Both the position numbers and the translations under genes were made by a program. The notes under the pieces were generated by a model. That model did no database searches and was not told the DNA's origin. It saw only the letters and a program-made list of their open reading frames with translations. Below are positions 50,677 through 64,000 of a DNA stretch of 64,000 bases, piece by piece (positions within the stretch are counted from its first letter, which is position 1; every line of letters begins with the position of its first letter). Source of the stretch: Lingula anatina. Taxonomy: Eukaryota > Animalia > Brachiopoda. The stretch lies in NCBI GenBank assembly GCA_051362555.1, contig CM120646.1, positions 4,898,001-4,962,000 on the forward strand, written 5' to 3'.

Positions 50677-50840
50677 CAGGGGCGGATTTAGGCCGTCTTC
50701 TTTGTCTTCCAGAAGGCGGTCAGAGTTTCAAGTTAACATTGACGGGTATCCATTTTTCTGTCGCAAGACGGTCAGAAATGGAGGATGGATCAACAAAGGT
50801 AATTTGGAGACTGTCAGAAAATTCTCTGGGTCCGCCTCTA
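50677..50840. mobile_element. Short insertion with CAGGGGCGGA..TCCGCCTCT ends (similar end TTCCGCCACTG at ~50243-50253)
   Basis: Inverted termini, and the segment is absent from the paralogous sequence at about 47270-47285. Confidence 0.5.
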
Positions 50841-51544
50841 AATGTAAAGGTTTCTGATCATACTAGTCCAGAAGGTCTGCCTGGAAGATACGCTAAAATT
50901 AAACATTCCGTTCCATTTTTGGGACTGTAAGGGCGTATTCCCATAGATTTTAGATCGATCTATCCCCGTGGGGAGTCTCACTAGATTACTGTCAGATAAT
51001 CCGGCCAAGATGATTTGAGTGCTATAAACCCCAGATATCCAAAAGTTATTACCATTGGGTCCGCTTACTTCATATTCCTCGCCATTATGTCACGACTTGA
51101 ACACTAATTGGGACTTTTTACTATCAATGTGGTACATTGACCAGCAGTCAAATTGACAGAAGCAGTCAAATTGACACGTAGGCCTACTCTCTTGTGACCT
51201 TGACCGTTACTTTCGTAGGAAAACTTGGAGAGCGCTGCTCAGAAGTCAAGCCAGTCCTTTCACATTAGCCTTGTTATCGGCGATAGAACAAAGAGTTATG
51301 ATTTTTACTGGCAACTTATGAAAAATTAAAGTATTAAGTATGACTAGCGGTCTTCAATATTTGTTATTCTACACGTTTTAAACAAAATCTATAAACATAA
51401 ATAACGCTCACAATTATGTAAATGGTTTGAAACGATAATGAGGGACACATATAAGTTAGGAGATAAGTTCACTTTGCGGTCCGCGGTATACTAAAAGCTG
51501 TTACATGGGAATATAACTGAATTGTACAAGGTGCCATGTACCAG

Positions 51545-52070
51545 AAAGTCCCCCGTGACAGAGAGTCCGCTTCCCATTACTTCGGGTAAGCCTCGCCCTA
51601 GATTTTGACCCACTTAGGTCAGACTAACCCTAACCATTATAACTGTACGGAGAGCGGACTTTCTGTCACACGGAACCTCAGTTTCGTGACACTGGTGTGA
51701 CAGAATGGTAGTCCTAGGCATTATATATATAAGTACAGGTTAGGGTGATTTCCCAGAGATTTAGATCGATCTAAAGATTAAGTTTTAGATCGACCTAACT
51801 CCCTGGGGGTTCACGCTAAATTGCAGTCAACCGAGCGGGCACCATAGTTAATTACCCCCTTACAGCTTTTAGTAGGCGGGACAGACGCTTAAGCCGGCCA
51901 AGCTGACAGTAATCTAGTGAGACTCCCCACAGGGATAGATCGATCTAAAAATCTATGGAAATGGGGTGTTAGGGTTAGTTGGAGTATTGGGGTTATAGTA
52001 CATGGGACCTGCACAAAGTAATGGGGGACTGACTACGGATCCTAGCGGACTACCATTCCTGTCACACCGG
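51545..52070. mobile_element. Cluster of adjacent and nested MITE-like repeats
   Basis: 51545-51692: gtcccccgtgacagagagtccgc..gcggactttctgtcacacgg repeat, also at ~365-500, 9935-10065, 34437 and 41370. 51692-52070: element with inverted ends GGTGTGACAG(G)AATGGTAGTCC that contains the 51749-51962 MITE. Confidence 0.65.
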
Positions 52071-52976
52071 CCGCTGTTGAGGGGAAGTGGCATCGTTCTG
52101 CCTGTGCTAAAATGATTGGGCATAATTCTCATTTTGTATTGTTATATCTCCATGCGGTGTAAGATACTTGGAGAATTGGATTGCAATTATGATGACAGAG
52201 AAGAGTCATCTAAAATAGTGATATGTTTAATTGTAAATAAACCTAAGGATAAGGCACGATATTTAAGGAATACATGTAGATTAGTTTAAGGCGGTCAGTT
52301 CGATTCAGAATCCCAAAAGTTCAATATACCATAAATTATGTTAGTGTGTTTGCTTTTATTTATAACATATAACCTTTATCTTATGTTTTTTATGTACAAA
52401 ATTCGGTAACTTGAAGGCCAATGATACTTTTATATTCACGCCACCTTAATTAAAATAAAAAAATTAAAATTAATGCTATTTAAAACAATACGTTGGAAAC
52501 AAGAGAGGTGTGTGTTAATCTGATTGCATTCAGCAAGGTCCCGGGGAGATGGATCGCTCTACTCTGAACAGTGGAGACCTCTGTGGACACATTTGTCACG
52601 TGCCCAAGAAGACCTAAACTGTTCTGTAAATGTTCAACCTCAGTCAGCAGCATTAATCAGCACGCGGTATATAATTACTCACGGGCTGCTCGAGGGCATG
52701 TCAGATAATTAATTTGATTACATTGACTGCTTTTAACGAAAATCCCCGCAGAGATGGATCGATCCAGCTGGTACGATGTCTGAATCTAAATGCTCCCATT
52801 GAGAATAAGCCATAAATGTGACCTTTTGTACGCGTTGGTTATTATGAAAATAAGCTAGTTGTATTTTTTCGTGAAAATTATAGAGTTGGATGCATGCTCC
52901 CCTTCCAAAAAGTCTTACCCTCCCCGCATTCATGTAATGAGAGGCAATATAAGGATGTGAGCAGTAGTGTATAAAA

Positions 52977-53768
52977 CGATTCTAGGACAATACCCCCCGG
53001 ACGATCCCCCCCCCCCCCCCCCCCCCAAGAAATATATATTTATATACAATATAAAGTGTAAAGTTTAAAATAATTCATCCATTTTCTTAATATTTTTAGT
53101 GTTATAATATAACTTCATCATGAAACAAATAATTTTATAACAAATTCCATTTTAATTGAGTACAAGTACAGGAAGATTTATTAAGTATCTAATCGAAGTA
53201 TAACCACCTATCAGGTAAAAGTGGGGTAAACAGATGAAAAGGTAAACAGATATTTTATAAATATTTTAGTGTGGTGGGTGGTGGTCAAGCAATTAAAAGT
53301 GACAAAAAGTCACAGGGATATTTGGATATGAGAGAAAATCTGTTTATCCCACCTCTCCCTAGAGATGCACCTTGATTCAAGACTTACTGAATCAAGGGGG
53401 GGGGGGAGAAATAAAGCAATTAAAAGTAACAGTTAATTCATCAAAGGGCTACCTGGATGAGTGAGATTATCTGTTTACCCCTCCTTTACCTGGAGATATG
53501 TATACTTTGATCAGATTTTTAATAAAATGTTCTGTACTTCTATCTGGAAAATTTCATGTACTTGTACTCCTTGAAAGGAAATTGTTTAATAAAATTAATA
53601 TTATCTATCCTTGATTTGCATCATCACACTAAGAAATATTCAGAAAATGGATGAAAAGATTTGAACTTTTATATTTGTATATAAATATATATATATTCTT
53701 CAGGGGGGGAATCGCCCGGGGGGGGGGGAATAGTCCGGGGGGGGGGGGGGGGAATTGTCCTGATACCG
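52977..53768. mobile_element. Non-autonomous TIR element with long imperfect inverted arms and a 7-bp TSD
   Basis: Termini CGATTCTAGGACAAT / ATTGTCCTGATACCG, poly-C and poly-G subterminal tracts, and TATAAAA duplicated at 52970-52976 and 53769-53775. Confidence 0.75.
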
Positions 53769-54299
53769 TATAAAACTGTCTAGCGAGGCCATTTAAAACA
53801 GAAATGGATAACATTTTACCACTTTTCAGATGTCTTCCTTTGTTGTGCAGCTTTTGATGAAGTTAATAAAAGAACTGATGCCACAAAGACACTAAAGAAA
53901 TTATAAAGAGCTATTAAGATATGCTTAAAATCTGTTAGTTATTATTATTCAGAAAAATAGGAAAACATCGAAAAAAATTGCAATTACAATCATTTGATGC
54001 GATCTCTCGTTGTTGTGACATCTTTCTCTACTCAATCATAAAATACAATTCAATTAAGGATTCTTATAGAAATGAGATATTTATTTTCTTTTGGCAAGAT
54101 ATTTTGCACTATTGTTTCACGTGTGACAGTAAAAGCCATGATATCCTGGTATGTTGCCTTAAAACGACGGTATAAAAAGTCTTTCTGTAGTCTTCAAAGG
54201 TACTCACAAAATGGCGTTCACCTGGACAAAACATTTCAAAGTAACTCGAAAAATGAAAAGAAAAAAAAAGATCTTGTTGATAAAAATGCAAATGTAATA

Positions 54300-56682
54300 C
54301 TACAATTCACAATTTATTTATGTTGGCAAACAAGTGTCCCTTACACAATGTCTTTCAATGGTAACGCCATGAGGACTTCTACCTTTTGTCTTGTAAGGTA
54401 CCCCATTATCACCTACATGCCACTTAAGAAACAAAAGTAAAAGCCTTTATATATGCGTAGACACATGATAAAGGTCAAATACTACATTTTCATCACCTTA
54501 TAACTTAAAGAAAAGAAAAAAAAATCAGATAAAATCTGTACAAAATTTCACATTCAATAATAACACAGATGTACCTTGTTAAATACATCCAGTGGACCCT
54601 GTTTTAGTTTGTACAAATAGATACAAATAGATACAATTTACATACAATATTACACTCTCTATAATACAACAGCACCTTCAATGCTAACATTCACCAGGTC
54701 TTGTTCCACTAATAAACCTGATAAATTAATCAGTCATTAGCTCATTCAAACCTGAATCAATCTAAGTACAAAATAAAGCATATAAGCAAAGAAGTCTCTT
54801 GTACCTCCTTGATTTAAGTAACCAAAATTTCATGTCATGTTGTTAACTAAAATTCATAAATAAAACATTTACATACAGAACTGAGTAGAAAAGATGCAAC
54901 TTGTGAGTTATAAAGACAACGTGTAACTTGGGTTTATTTGTATATAGTCAACTGGCATGTCAAAGCCCGGTTCTTGTAAAATAGTTGGCATTACTGGACT
55001 GTAAAATTCTTGGGTAAACATATAATAGTCCAATAAGTAATATGCTAAAAACTGACATCAAGAAACTTCATTTAATATATTGTAACACATCAGTAATCTA
55101 TACTAAGAACAGCTCTATACGCAGTGCTGGGTAAATCACTTCCATCAAAAAAGTTTTCAGACCTACAAATACTACAAATAAGTTAAAGAAGCCACATATA
55201 AATATACAAAACTCCAGTTAAACAAAACGTTGTGTTTGGAATTGCACATTAAAAAGATGATTTTTTTCTTACCATTAAGTTCCCAAGGACAGACATGGAT
55301 GTGTAATCCCCAGAAGAAAATTGTGAAGAAAAAACATCCGAGCTCTGCTCCTTACATTTCTCACCTAACTTCCATAGCAACCAAAACAATGGAACATAAA
55401 TATTATCCTAGGAACTGAACGCCTGACATTGATGGTTTTAAGCTTCCTTTCAACAGTGAACGCTACAATAATGTATGCTAATGCTATTCATAAATTTCAA
55501 ACCCTGTACACGACTTCTCTCTGTACCCTGACGGTGGGAGAAAAATAACATGAAACAATACTGACTTGGTATACATTCAGTATAAACTGTATATGATTGA
55601 AATCTTGGGAACTGTATTTGCTTTTCTTCAAGACAACTACTTTCAGTTATCAACATAATATAATCTCAAATTCCATTTCTTTTTACGTTATTAATTACAT
55701 GATTTTTTTTGTTTCGTTTTGTTTCTTTATACACAAAAATATTAACTGTTAAACCTTCACAAGAAAGAAACCATTCTATTCGCATTTCAGAACTTCTCCA
55801 TTTTCAATATTCCAGCAATGTCATCATATCCCTATGGTGGCCATAATTCCCACAGCAGAAAAATGACATTTCTGAAAAGTTCAGGAAAACGAGTCCTGCA
55901 GAGAGAAGGCCAACCGTTCAACTCACTTAAATGGCAAAGAGCTGTAGATAGTGTTCCAAGTAATTTGACCACATGTCGTGTTATGAATACAGCTTCAAAA
56001 TGCATGCTGAGCTACAATAGGTATTCTGCTTACAATCTGACCAAGACAATAGTCACAAAGAAGAAGCTTCAGTAAGCATATCAGCTTATGTGATGTTAGT
56101 TTTCCATTCAATTCAAGAAGTTCCCATCATACAATGACAGCAGTTTTTACAGAAATAATAGTTTACAATGCTACATTCAGAACACATCTGGTGTTGTCAT
56201 GGTAACTACATGGTCCAAAAGAAGACTTACATTGGATCCAATAACAAGCTCCCCCTTTTGAAATAAAAAATGTCCTTGTATTTTTTTAAAACCTTGTACC
56301 TTCCAATAGCACTTCTCCCCAAATCGGCAAATGAAGCCTCTTTAACATGGTATTTCCTCAACATAAGAGGATTTCCCTTCATTCTTGGTATGAAACTAGG
56401 TTGCATCTCTTACTATGTGTTCCATCACACAGAAGTAACCACTGAAGGCTTTTTAAGGATCTACCAGAACACCCGTAACAATAGCCACCATGTGTATTCC
56501 ACACCAGTGGACCTAAACGCAACAGCAGGCCCCTGACAAATGATGCCACATCTGTTTGCGATTGTTTTAGGTAGCCAGCATTGGTATGAAGAGGACCTCA
56601 TGTAATTTAGAAGTGCTTCCTTTCTGGAAGTAACATTTAGCAGAGGAAATGCCTCTCTACTGGAGAATAGTAAATCACAAAG
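54300..56682 (-). other. Probable ihog 3' UTR (~2.4 kb)
   Basis: Non-coding and U-rich on the minus strand after the stop codon. Candidate AATAAA at 54318-54313; the end position is uncertain. Confidence 0.45.
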
Positions 56683-59247
56683 TTATTCTACAGAATACAT
56701 GTCAGGCGAGTGCCTATAGTCTGAATGAGGTATGGGTGTTGACTGGGTCCTGTCTTGATGGTGGCCCTCTTGTGATGGATATGTAAAACTGCTGTCTAAT
56801 GTGCCTTCTGAAAAAGACAGATAGAAATTAAGATCTTCAATTGGAAATTATATGAATACCTTACAAAATAAGTTTTGGGTTGACACAAAAAAATGGAAAT
56901 AAAAAGTTGAAATTGTTACTTTTACCAACCATTCCCTCAAAAAAAAAAAAAAAAATTACCATTCTGGAGTATTTAAGGGCATAATCACCAAGTTCTAAGC
57001 ACTGGAAGTGCGATATTTTCTATGTAAAACTTACCATTACTACTGAGATCAGTGTTGGTGGCCTGATCCTTCATCTGTGTTCCTGTATATGGGGACTGCT
57101 GCTCTCTGCTGGGACGCTTTCGCCTACGTTTGTGTTTTGCAGAGCCCTGAGAGGGATATGAATGCTCACTGGTTGTACCGAGATCATGTGACCTGGGGGT
57201 CTGACCTCTGACCCCTGATATGTGGTCATGTGACCTGAAAAAAAATCAAGCAAGCCAATTAGCAAATGGATGATAAAATGATTCAGCAGTTGACAACCAA
57301 AGGCATATCACCAATTCAAAAATCCATTAAATGCATGATCAAAAAGTAATTCCCTAGAATTTCCATTTTCATACAGTTTTGGACCAGACAAAGTTCTTAT
57401 TATTTGTAGAAGTTCCATATTGAGACCAAAATGAGTGACATACCAAAATATATGCATTACTATTGCTTTGTAAATTTCATTTGTTATTATATCTGGACTT
57501 CAGAGCTGATCAGATAGTTTCAAAGACGGAAAAGGCAAATATACAAAGATATATTTGCCATATCCTATCACCAGCATGAATTGTATATTGCATTGCATTG
57601 CATTGCATTGCATTGCATTGCATTGCATTATATAACCCAGTCATACCTGTGGACATAGTTATTATGTAACCTGATGGCACTGTAGTCAGGTGGGTCACTA
57701 GGTATATGATCACGTGATTGGGGAATATTGGAATTCATATGTTCTGGAAGATATATACCAACACTTAATTGACATAAACACATCAGAGATGATGGTAATT
57801 AGATAAAATGATAATAATGGGGAAAATAGAAAGATATCGCAAAGCGGTATAACCATTTAACTTCATCTGCTAGATATTTGTAAAAAATATATTTTTCATT
57901 AAGAGGTATCACATAAGAAAGTGAAAGAGTATGTGTCATTATGACAAACAAAAAATTTTAATTTCTATAACACACTCAAAACATGGAAATTAAGGTTCCA
58001 CTGCACATAAATAGAGTTATGTTCAAAGACTCTGAAATAGCTGAGTGCAAATAACTCTGACATTTGATGTCGTTTTGAAGAATAAAAAAATATTATAACA
58101 CAATTTTATGTCTGAAATAAAAGAGCCAGTGGAAATACATTTTTGGAAGCTCACCTGTATTGTTATCATGGTATGATGGATAGGGATTTCTCTCTAAGGT
58201 ATTATAATTACTGTCGTTAGGATAACCAAAAGTCTGCAGTGGACGATGAGGTAGAGTACTCTGTGTTGTGTACGGATCATCAGGATTTGACTGAAGAGGA
58301 AACTGATAACTTATCATCTTTTCATATTTTTTTTTTATCATGGATGAAAAATATGTGGAAGATTTTTAAGAATTCAGCGATTTTTTTTCAACCTTATGTA
58401 ACTTTCAATATCTTAAGAAGATTCTTAGCATTTCAACACTGAAGATTTTAATGGCATCAACATGTAGATTTCCTAATTGAATTTAAACATAAAATTTACT
58501 TAAGTAAAGAATTCCAAATATATAGATCCCAAAATGCAACAAATACTTTCAATTCTCAACAAAATCAACTCTGTTCACTAACCTCATTTTCAGATATGGC
58601 TTCTTCTTCATTATCACTGTTATGCAGAGGCTCAAGCTGCGTCATTGGGTTCACATTTATATTCATCTTGCCATTGCCATTGGGAATATGGCCATTTCCT
58701 GCATGTCCATTGCTCAAATGTCCATTAGGGGTTTTCCCATTCAGGCCATTTAAGAGGAAGCCATTGCCGTGTTTTGCTCGCATGCTGTCATTGTGAATTC
58801 GTTGCGACGGGTCTTGGAATTTGTAGCGAGCATTTGCATCCAAAGCAGCTGCTAAAATATGGACCAAAATGGCTTATAAGCAATTATTCTTTTTAAATCT
58901 CACCTCGATGTCAATTATGTTTGAATAGTGAAGCATTTTGCTGTAGATTTGGAAATAATCTAAAAACCACTTTCAGAGTATACTCATTTCAGGTTTGCAG
59001 AAAGGGAAACCCTTTAAACCAATCAGTATAACTTACCCATCATCCTCCTCTGCTGTCGTTGTTTCCAGGCGCACATGACCATGAAAATGACCAGTAACAA
59101 CATCATCACGCCCAGGACTACCCCTAACACCATGTACAGCAGCTCATTGCTCTTCTGGGTGCTATTGGCTGGCACTGCATTGTCATCTTTGACATCATCT
59201 TGACCATCATCTAGAATTATACATTCATATATGTTGTTTACCTGCAT

Positions 59248-59279
<32 letters not shown>

Positions 59280-61332
59280 TGCGCCTGTGTGTTTAATATT
59301 TTCTCTTTAATACTTTGTCTGCCTCCTACCTAACCCTTTAATATAAAAAACACAATGGTTTAAAGTGTTTTGAAACAGTTATGCAAACACCACACAAAAT
59401 CTGGGACACAAATGTTCACTTTTTTTTCCTTTGGACTTATAAATTTCATGTGTACCACCTACCTAAATGTGGGCCCAGTCCATTACCCGGAGGTCGCGTG
59501 ACTGGGGTCAGAATACCTGTGGGGAATGGGGTGAACATAGGCTGACTGCCATCTGCAGCTAGAGAGAGAAAACAACACATTTTAACATCTCTTTATATTT
59601 CATATCCATTTTATAGAATCAAGCCAAATACATCACAGAATAAGTCAGAATATTATGGAGTTTTTTTTTTTATGTCATCAACATTATCTTCTGGCTTCTT
59701 ATTATACTTAAAACTTATTTATAAAATCCACAAAAAGAGGAAGTTGCTTTTTCCAAACATAGCCACTCAGAAAATTTGAATAATAAAACAAATAGAAGGC
59801 CTTGGCTTTAATAAACCTGCAAAAAAAAACACAAAAAATCTATATCTTGTGTGAAAATAACATGGACAGACAAAATTATCAGAATATAAACAGAAACATA
59901 GTGTCTGTACACAAAATAGCCTGGTATTCAGATATAATCCAGTCATTAAAAAGCCATCATCAAATTATCAAATACCTAGAGTTTTCATGGCCACTTTGTT
60001 GCTGAAATCACTGGCCCCAGCCAAATTAAAGCACTGCATCTTAAAGGAATACTGTGTATCAGGGGTGAGCCCTATGATTCTGTATTTGGTCTCCACTGGC
60101 GGCACAGTCACCTTCTGGCTCTGGGAATCTGGAGCATTGTATGGCTTATAATGGATCCAGAAGCCATCTATTGGCCCTTCCCCGATGTGATGGGCATACT
60201 GAAATAAAATATTGGCAGAGAAGTCAGAAAACCAATTAATGTAGTTAATTAATTATTTTATGAAAATTTTGCTTAATGTTCATGATCCAAATACAAATTT
60301 TAAACATATAAAAGGAGCACACCACAGTTCTCCCATTAAAATAGTTTGTAACCTAAAAATCTGCATATTACCTAAGTTTTTCTTAATATCTCTGATTCAG
60401 AATAAAAAAAATAGATACATTAAAACAAAAACATGCTCCCCTTGAGCTTACCTGCCATTCAATTTCCATAGCGTATGCTGATGGTTTGACCTGTACTATG
60501 ACAGGGCCCACTTCAGGGGCGCTGGGGTGTGAGGTCGGGCCAGCGACGAGGGTAAAAGGCGGCGATGTGGGACCCACTGCATTGTCATTGTTGGAGTAAA
60601 CAGCTGCAATTCTGAACTTGTACGAGTGGCCTGAAATAAAACAGGAAGGCTGCATGACAACAAAAACAGTATATTGAACTTTGTAGTTAAAAAGTGTCCA
60701 CCATTTATGCTGCTAAACAACATCTTCCCATCATTGTGTGATGAGACAATGTTAAATCAATATCTTTATCTGATCAGTAGACAAGGACAAAGTTAATATC
60801 TGAAATTTATCACTGTGCTTTACCCAGAGATAAGTAGTGGGTCTTTAAAAATACCTTCAAAATGCAGCTATACACTGTGGTGTGCAAGCATAGGTACAAC
60901 ACCCAGAAGCCAGATTTCTGGATAGAACTGAAAGACCTTCATCTCAATTAAACAAAACTACATTTATCAAATGACCTTTACCTAAGCTAAGTCCTCGAAG
61001 CTCATATCTGAACTGGTTATCAGGAATGTCTTCATCTATTGTCCTCCACCTTCCCTTATTCCCTCTTCTCTTGTGTCTTTTGTACTGAACCCTGAACAGC
61101 GTCACTCTCAGCCCGTCATTTGGCGGCACGCTCCATTCTAACATCACAGAGGAGTCTGACAACTGAGTAACCGCTGGTCTCGAAGGCGGAACTTTCTTCC
61201 TCCCTCCACTCCCTCGGTGACCTTGGTTCTCGCCTCTGCTGGAGGGAGTGGTTGGGGGATGGCGCTGGGTGGTGCACAGTGTGGACTGTTTGTATCGAGG
61301 ATTGTCTCGGCTTCTGTCCACTGATGCAGGCT
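56683..61332 (-). CDS. ihog: Interference hedgehog-like (Ihog/Boi/CDON/BOC family) co-receptor, 3' part. Exons 61332-60982, 60630-60452, 60198-59976, 59558-59463, 59210-59037, 58851-58583, 58290-58155, 57743-57647, 57234-57035, 56807-56683
   Basis: FN3 domain PPSRPAVTQLSDSSVMLEWSVPPNDGLRVTLFRVQYK..WRTIDEDIP..YKFRIAAVYSNNDN, typical of Ihog Fn1. A second FN3 (IDGFWIHYKP..YSFKMQCFNLAGASDFSN), a TM helix LYMVLGVVLGVMMLLLVIFMVMCAW and an NG-rich tail follow. All ten exons splice in phase with GT-AG sites. The 5' exons were not found in the window. Confidence 0.88.
57586..57629. repeat. (CATTG)n microsatellite in an ihog intron
   Basis: Direct reading. Confidence 0.9.
59253..59279. repeat. (GA)n microsatellite
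   Basis: Direct reading. Confidence 0.9.
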
Positions 61333-62619
61333 CTGAAGAAAGTCACAACATTCATATCAAGGAACAAAGAACACCACTCAGGGAGGGTAAACATCTGCCA
61401 TGGTAGCTTAGTTCTCATTATCTTTCATCAATTATTAAGTACTAAATTGAATTAAAGATCATCATCAAAATCTGACCAATTTAAAGTTAGCGCATTTCTG
61501 AACTATCCTGAAAATTTTATTTCAAAAATGCCAATTACTTTAGGTTATTAATTTAAAAACCAACATAAACACAACAAAAACTCTTTCTTGGCAGGGATTA
61601 CTTGTGAAAATTTCCTCTGCTCTCAGTTCAGAATAGTTATATTTAAATGCTCATCTTTGAAAACATATCAATATATCAGAAAAACATATTATTTCAGATA
61701 ATTTTCAAACCAAAATATTTTTTACAAGTATAATTTTGGGGCAATTTTATGTCACTCCATAAACCACGAAAACCAAACTGCTAAAATTCCATCATATTCT
61801 TTCAACTGGGTACCTTCAATGCCCAGTGCTTAAATTGATACACTAATCACCCATGTCAGCCAGCAAGCCATTTCAACATGTCCCAATAAAATACCTCTCC
61901 CTAGGCATACACTTATTATGGACAGGAAAGAAACCTTGTCATCCCTATAGGAAGCAGTCTAATAGGCCAAGGAACAACACCCATGGAGAGACTGTAGCCC
62001 CTTTCAGGATCAAGTTTGCGGAACTCAGATTTACCACACTCCTCCCTCGGGTTGTGCCAATAAACACAGTCAATTATATTCAAATTGATGTCAATTTCCT
62101 TGTAGAAAAAAAGCTACCAAGAGAGAACTGATGGATACCAGATGAAACAGAAACCTGCGACCAGGTGGCAAAAACCATCACCTGTGTGGGAGTATGTGAA
62201 AAATGATTTACTGTCATTATATAAAATTTTTTTGGTATATCATTTTTGTGTTAAACAACCTGAACATGACTAACAACACATGTAAGTTGCCCATAAATCA
62301 CCTGTATATGGGCATTTTTACAATCCTGGGCTCCTTTTTTTCCCACCAAGGGTCAAAAATAGAAGTCATTTTTGTGTTGAAATGTGTACTTTTCTTGAAA
62401 GTATAGACCTGAAGGGTATAAGAAATGACAATCCCGAGATAAAACCTTGTGTATGTATAAAGATATGATCATTTGAATTTTGAAAATCATTTTTTTAATT
62501 TTCATAAGCTAAACCTTGAAGTGTGTGACTTTTATGGTAATTTAAGGTATTGATCTCCAAAAAACCACTTAGTTTTACTCAGAGAGTATTGCTCTTTTAT
62601 GTATTTGCAAAAAAAATGG

Positions 62620-63615
62620 ATGAAAATATCCAAAATTTGACGAATCAATGACATTTTGCAATTTTCCTGTTTCAGTATTAAATGTGACTCCAAGTTTTTG
62701 ATTCTGAGATATTCTGAGGACTTCTGTACTTCACTTTACCTTGCATTAGTTCTTTATGTTATGCTTCATGATTGTGTAAAATATTATTTTGCACGGACAT
62801 GTGTGCTAATTGCAGTGTCATGTTAAAATAAATGTCCTTTCCGAAACATCCCTGTTTCGGAAAGGACAATTTTTTAACATTTATGATATTGTTTTAATAT
62901 ATTGTAGTATTTGAGTTTTTATAAGTTTTAGGTGAAGTCTTTGAATAACTGGGCAAAATAGGTGGAAGCTGAACTAAAATTGAAGTCTTTTTATTACATT
63001 TTGTGCTTGTTTTGTCTATTTTGTACTAGTAATTCATTACTGGAATTTTATTTTATTAAATATTGATTCTGAGATATATTCCAGGTATTCTTTACGCCAT
63101 TATACCTTATTTCAGTTTCTTTTGTTACAGTGCATAGCTGTATAAAATATTATTTGACAATGTCAGATTTACCAACAGTAAAGACATGTTTAAAAATATG
63201 TCCTTTTAGACATGTCCTTGTTTCGGAATGGACATTTGTTTAACATTTATGAAATTGCCTTAAGATCTCATAGTATGTTGTTTTACAAGGTACAGGTGAA
63301 TCAATCATTAGACAAAATATGAGTAAACTAGATTAAAACTGAATTGTTTTTATTACATTAATTGGTCATTTTGGATAGTTTTTTATTCTTTTTTGAAATG
63401 TTACTCCCTTAGTATTTGATCATGATATAAAATAGAGTCTTCTACACTCCATTATACCCTATTCTACTTCCTTTTGTAACAGCTCATAGCTGTATAAAAT
63501 ATTATTTGACAAGGTCAGGTTTAAATTTAGTAATTACATTTTTAAATATGTCCTTTTAGGCATGTCCTGTGTTTCGGAATGGACATTTATTTAACATTAA
63601 TGAAATTGCTTAAAT

Positions 63616-63692
<77 letters not shown>

Positions 63693-63980
63693 TGATGTAT
63701 GTATATATTATAGATAATCACAGGAAGTTTATTATAACCCTGTGTCTGCCTGCAAGCGCCTCTGTAAACCGTGCCAGTGAACTATTTTCGAATACTTTTT
63801 TGTACATCATAAGTAAGCAGTATTTAAAGTAAGGTAAGCTATATTATTCAAAATTATATTCTACATAAATTTGATGTGCTTCCCATCATCCTCTTCTTCA
63901 TGAATAATAAATAGATGAGCAGACCAAAGAGTAAACAAGTGTTTTAGACAATGTGTTAAAAAATGTCCTTTCCGATACAA
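62620..63980. repeat. Degenerate ~350-410-bp tandem repeat with an internal hairpin, in an ihog intron
   Basis: Recurring motifs attctgagatat, tataaaatattattt and tgtccttt..tgtttcggaa.ggaca at about 62830, 63197 and 63547, with a partial copy at 63962. Confidence 0.75.
63620..63690. repeat. (TA)n microsatellite
   Basis: Direct reading. Confidence 0.95.
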
Positions 63981-64000
63981 AGCATCCAAATTACCTATAT

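Noticed and set aside
63614-63832. ORF MVYIYIYIY...
   Set aside because: It is the translation of the (TA)n microsatellite.
57586-63980. CRISPR-like reading of the short and hairpin repeats
   Set aside because: The context is a eukaryotic intron, the inter-hairpin sequences are themselves repeated rather than unique spacers, and there are no cas genes.

Overview
AT-rich animal genomic DNA with spliceosomal GT-AG introns, probably a lophotrochozoan or mollusc (inferred from gene content, not verified). Positions 1 to ~50 kb hold a head-to-tail tandem array, on the minus strand, of at least four intact three-exon paralogues (593-598 aa). Each encodes a signal peptide, a Ser/Thr/Asn-rich stalk, a somatomedin-B-like (SMB) Cys motif, a Cys-rich module, a 47-nt microexon and a C-terminal GPI-like signal. 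A fifth copy probably lies just left of the window. The array spacers carry a decayed LINE ORF2 and copy-specific insertions: a Kolobok-like element, Tc1 elements, Harbinger-like MITEs, and a TIR element containing a BEL/Pao 5' LTR plus an uninterrupted gag-protease ORF. The right end holds the last ten coding exons and 3' UTR of an Ihog/Boi/CDON-BOC-type FN3 Hedgehog co-receptor gene, also on the minus strand. All calls come from manual reading; no database searches were run.
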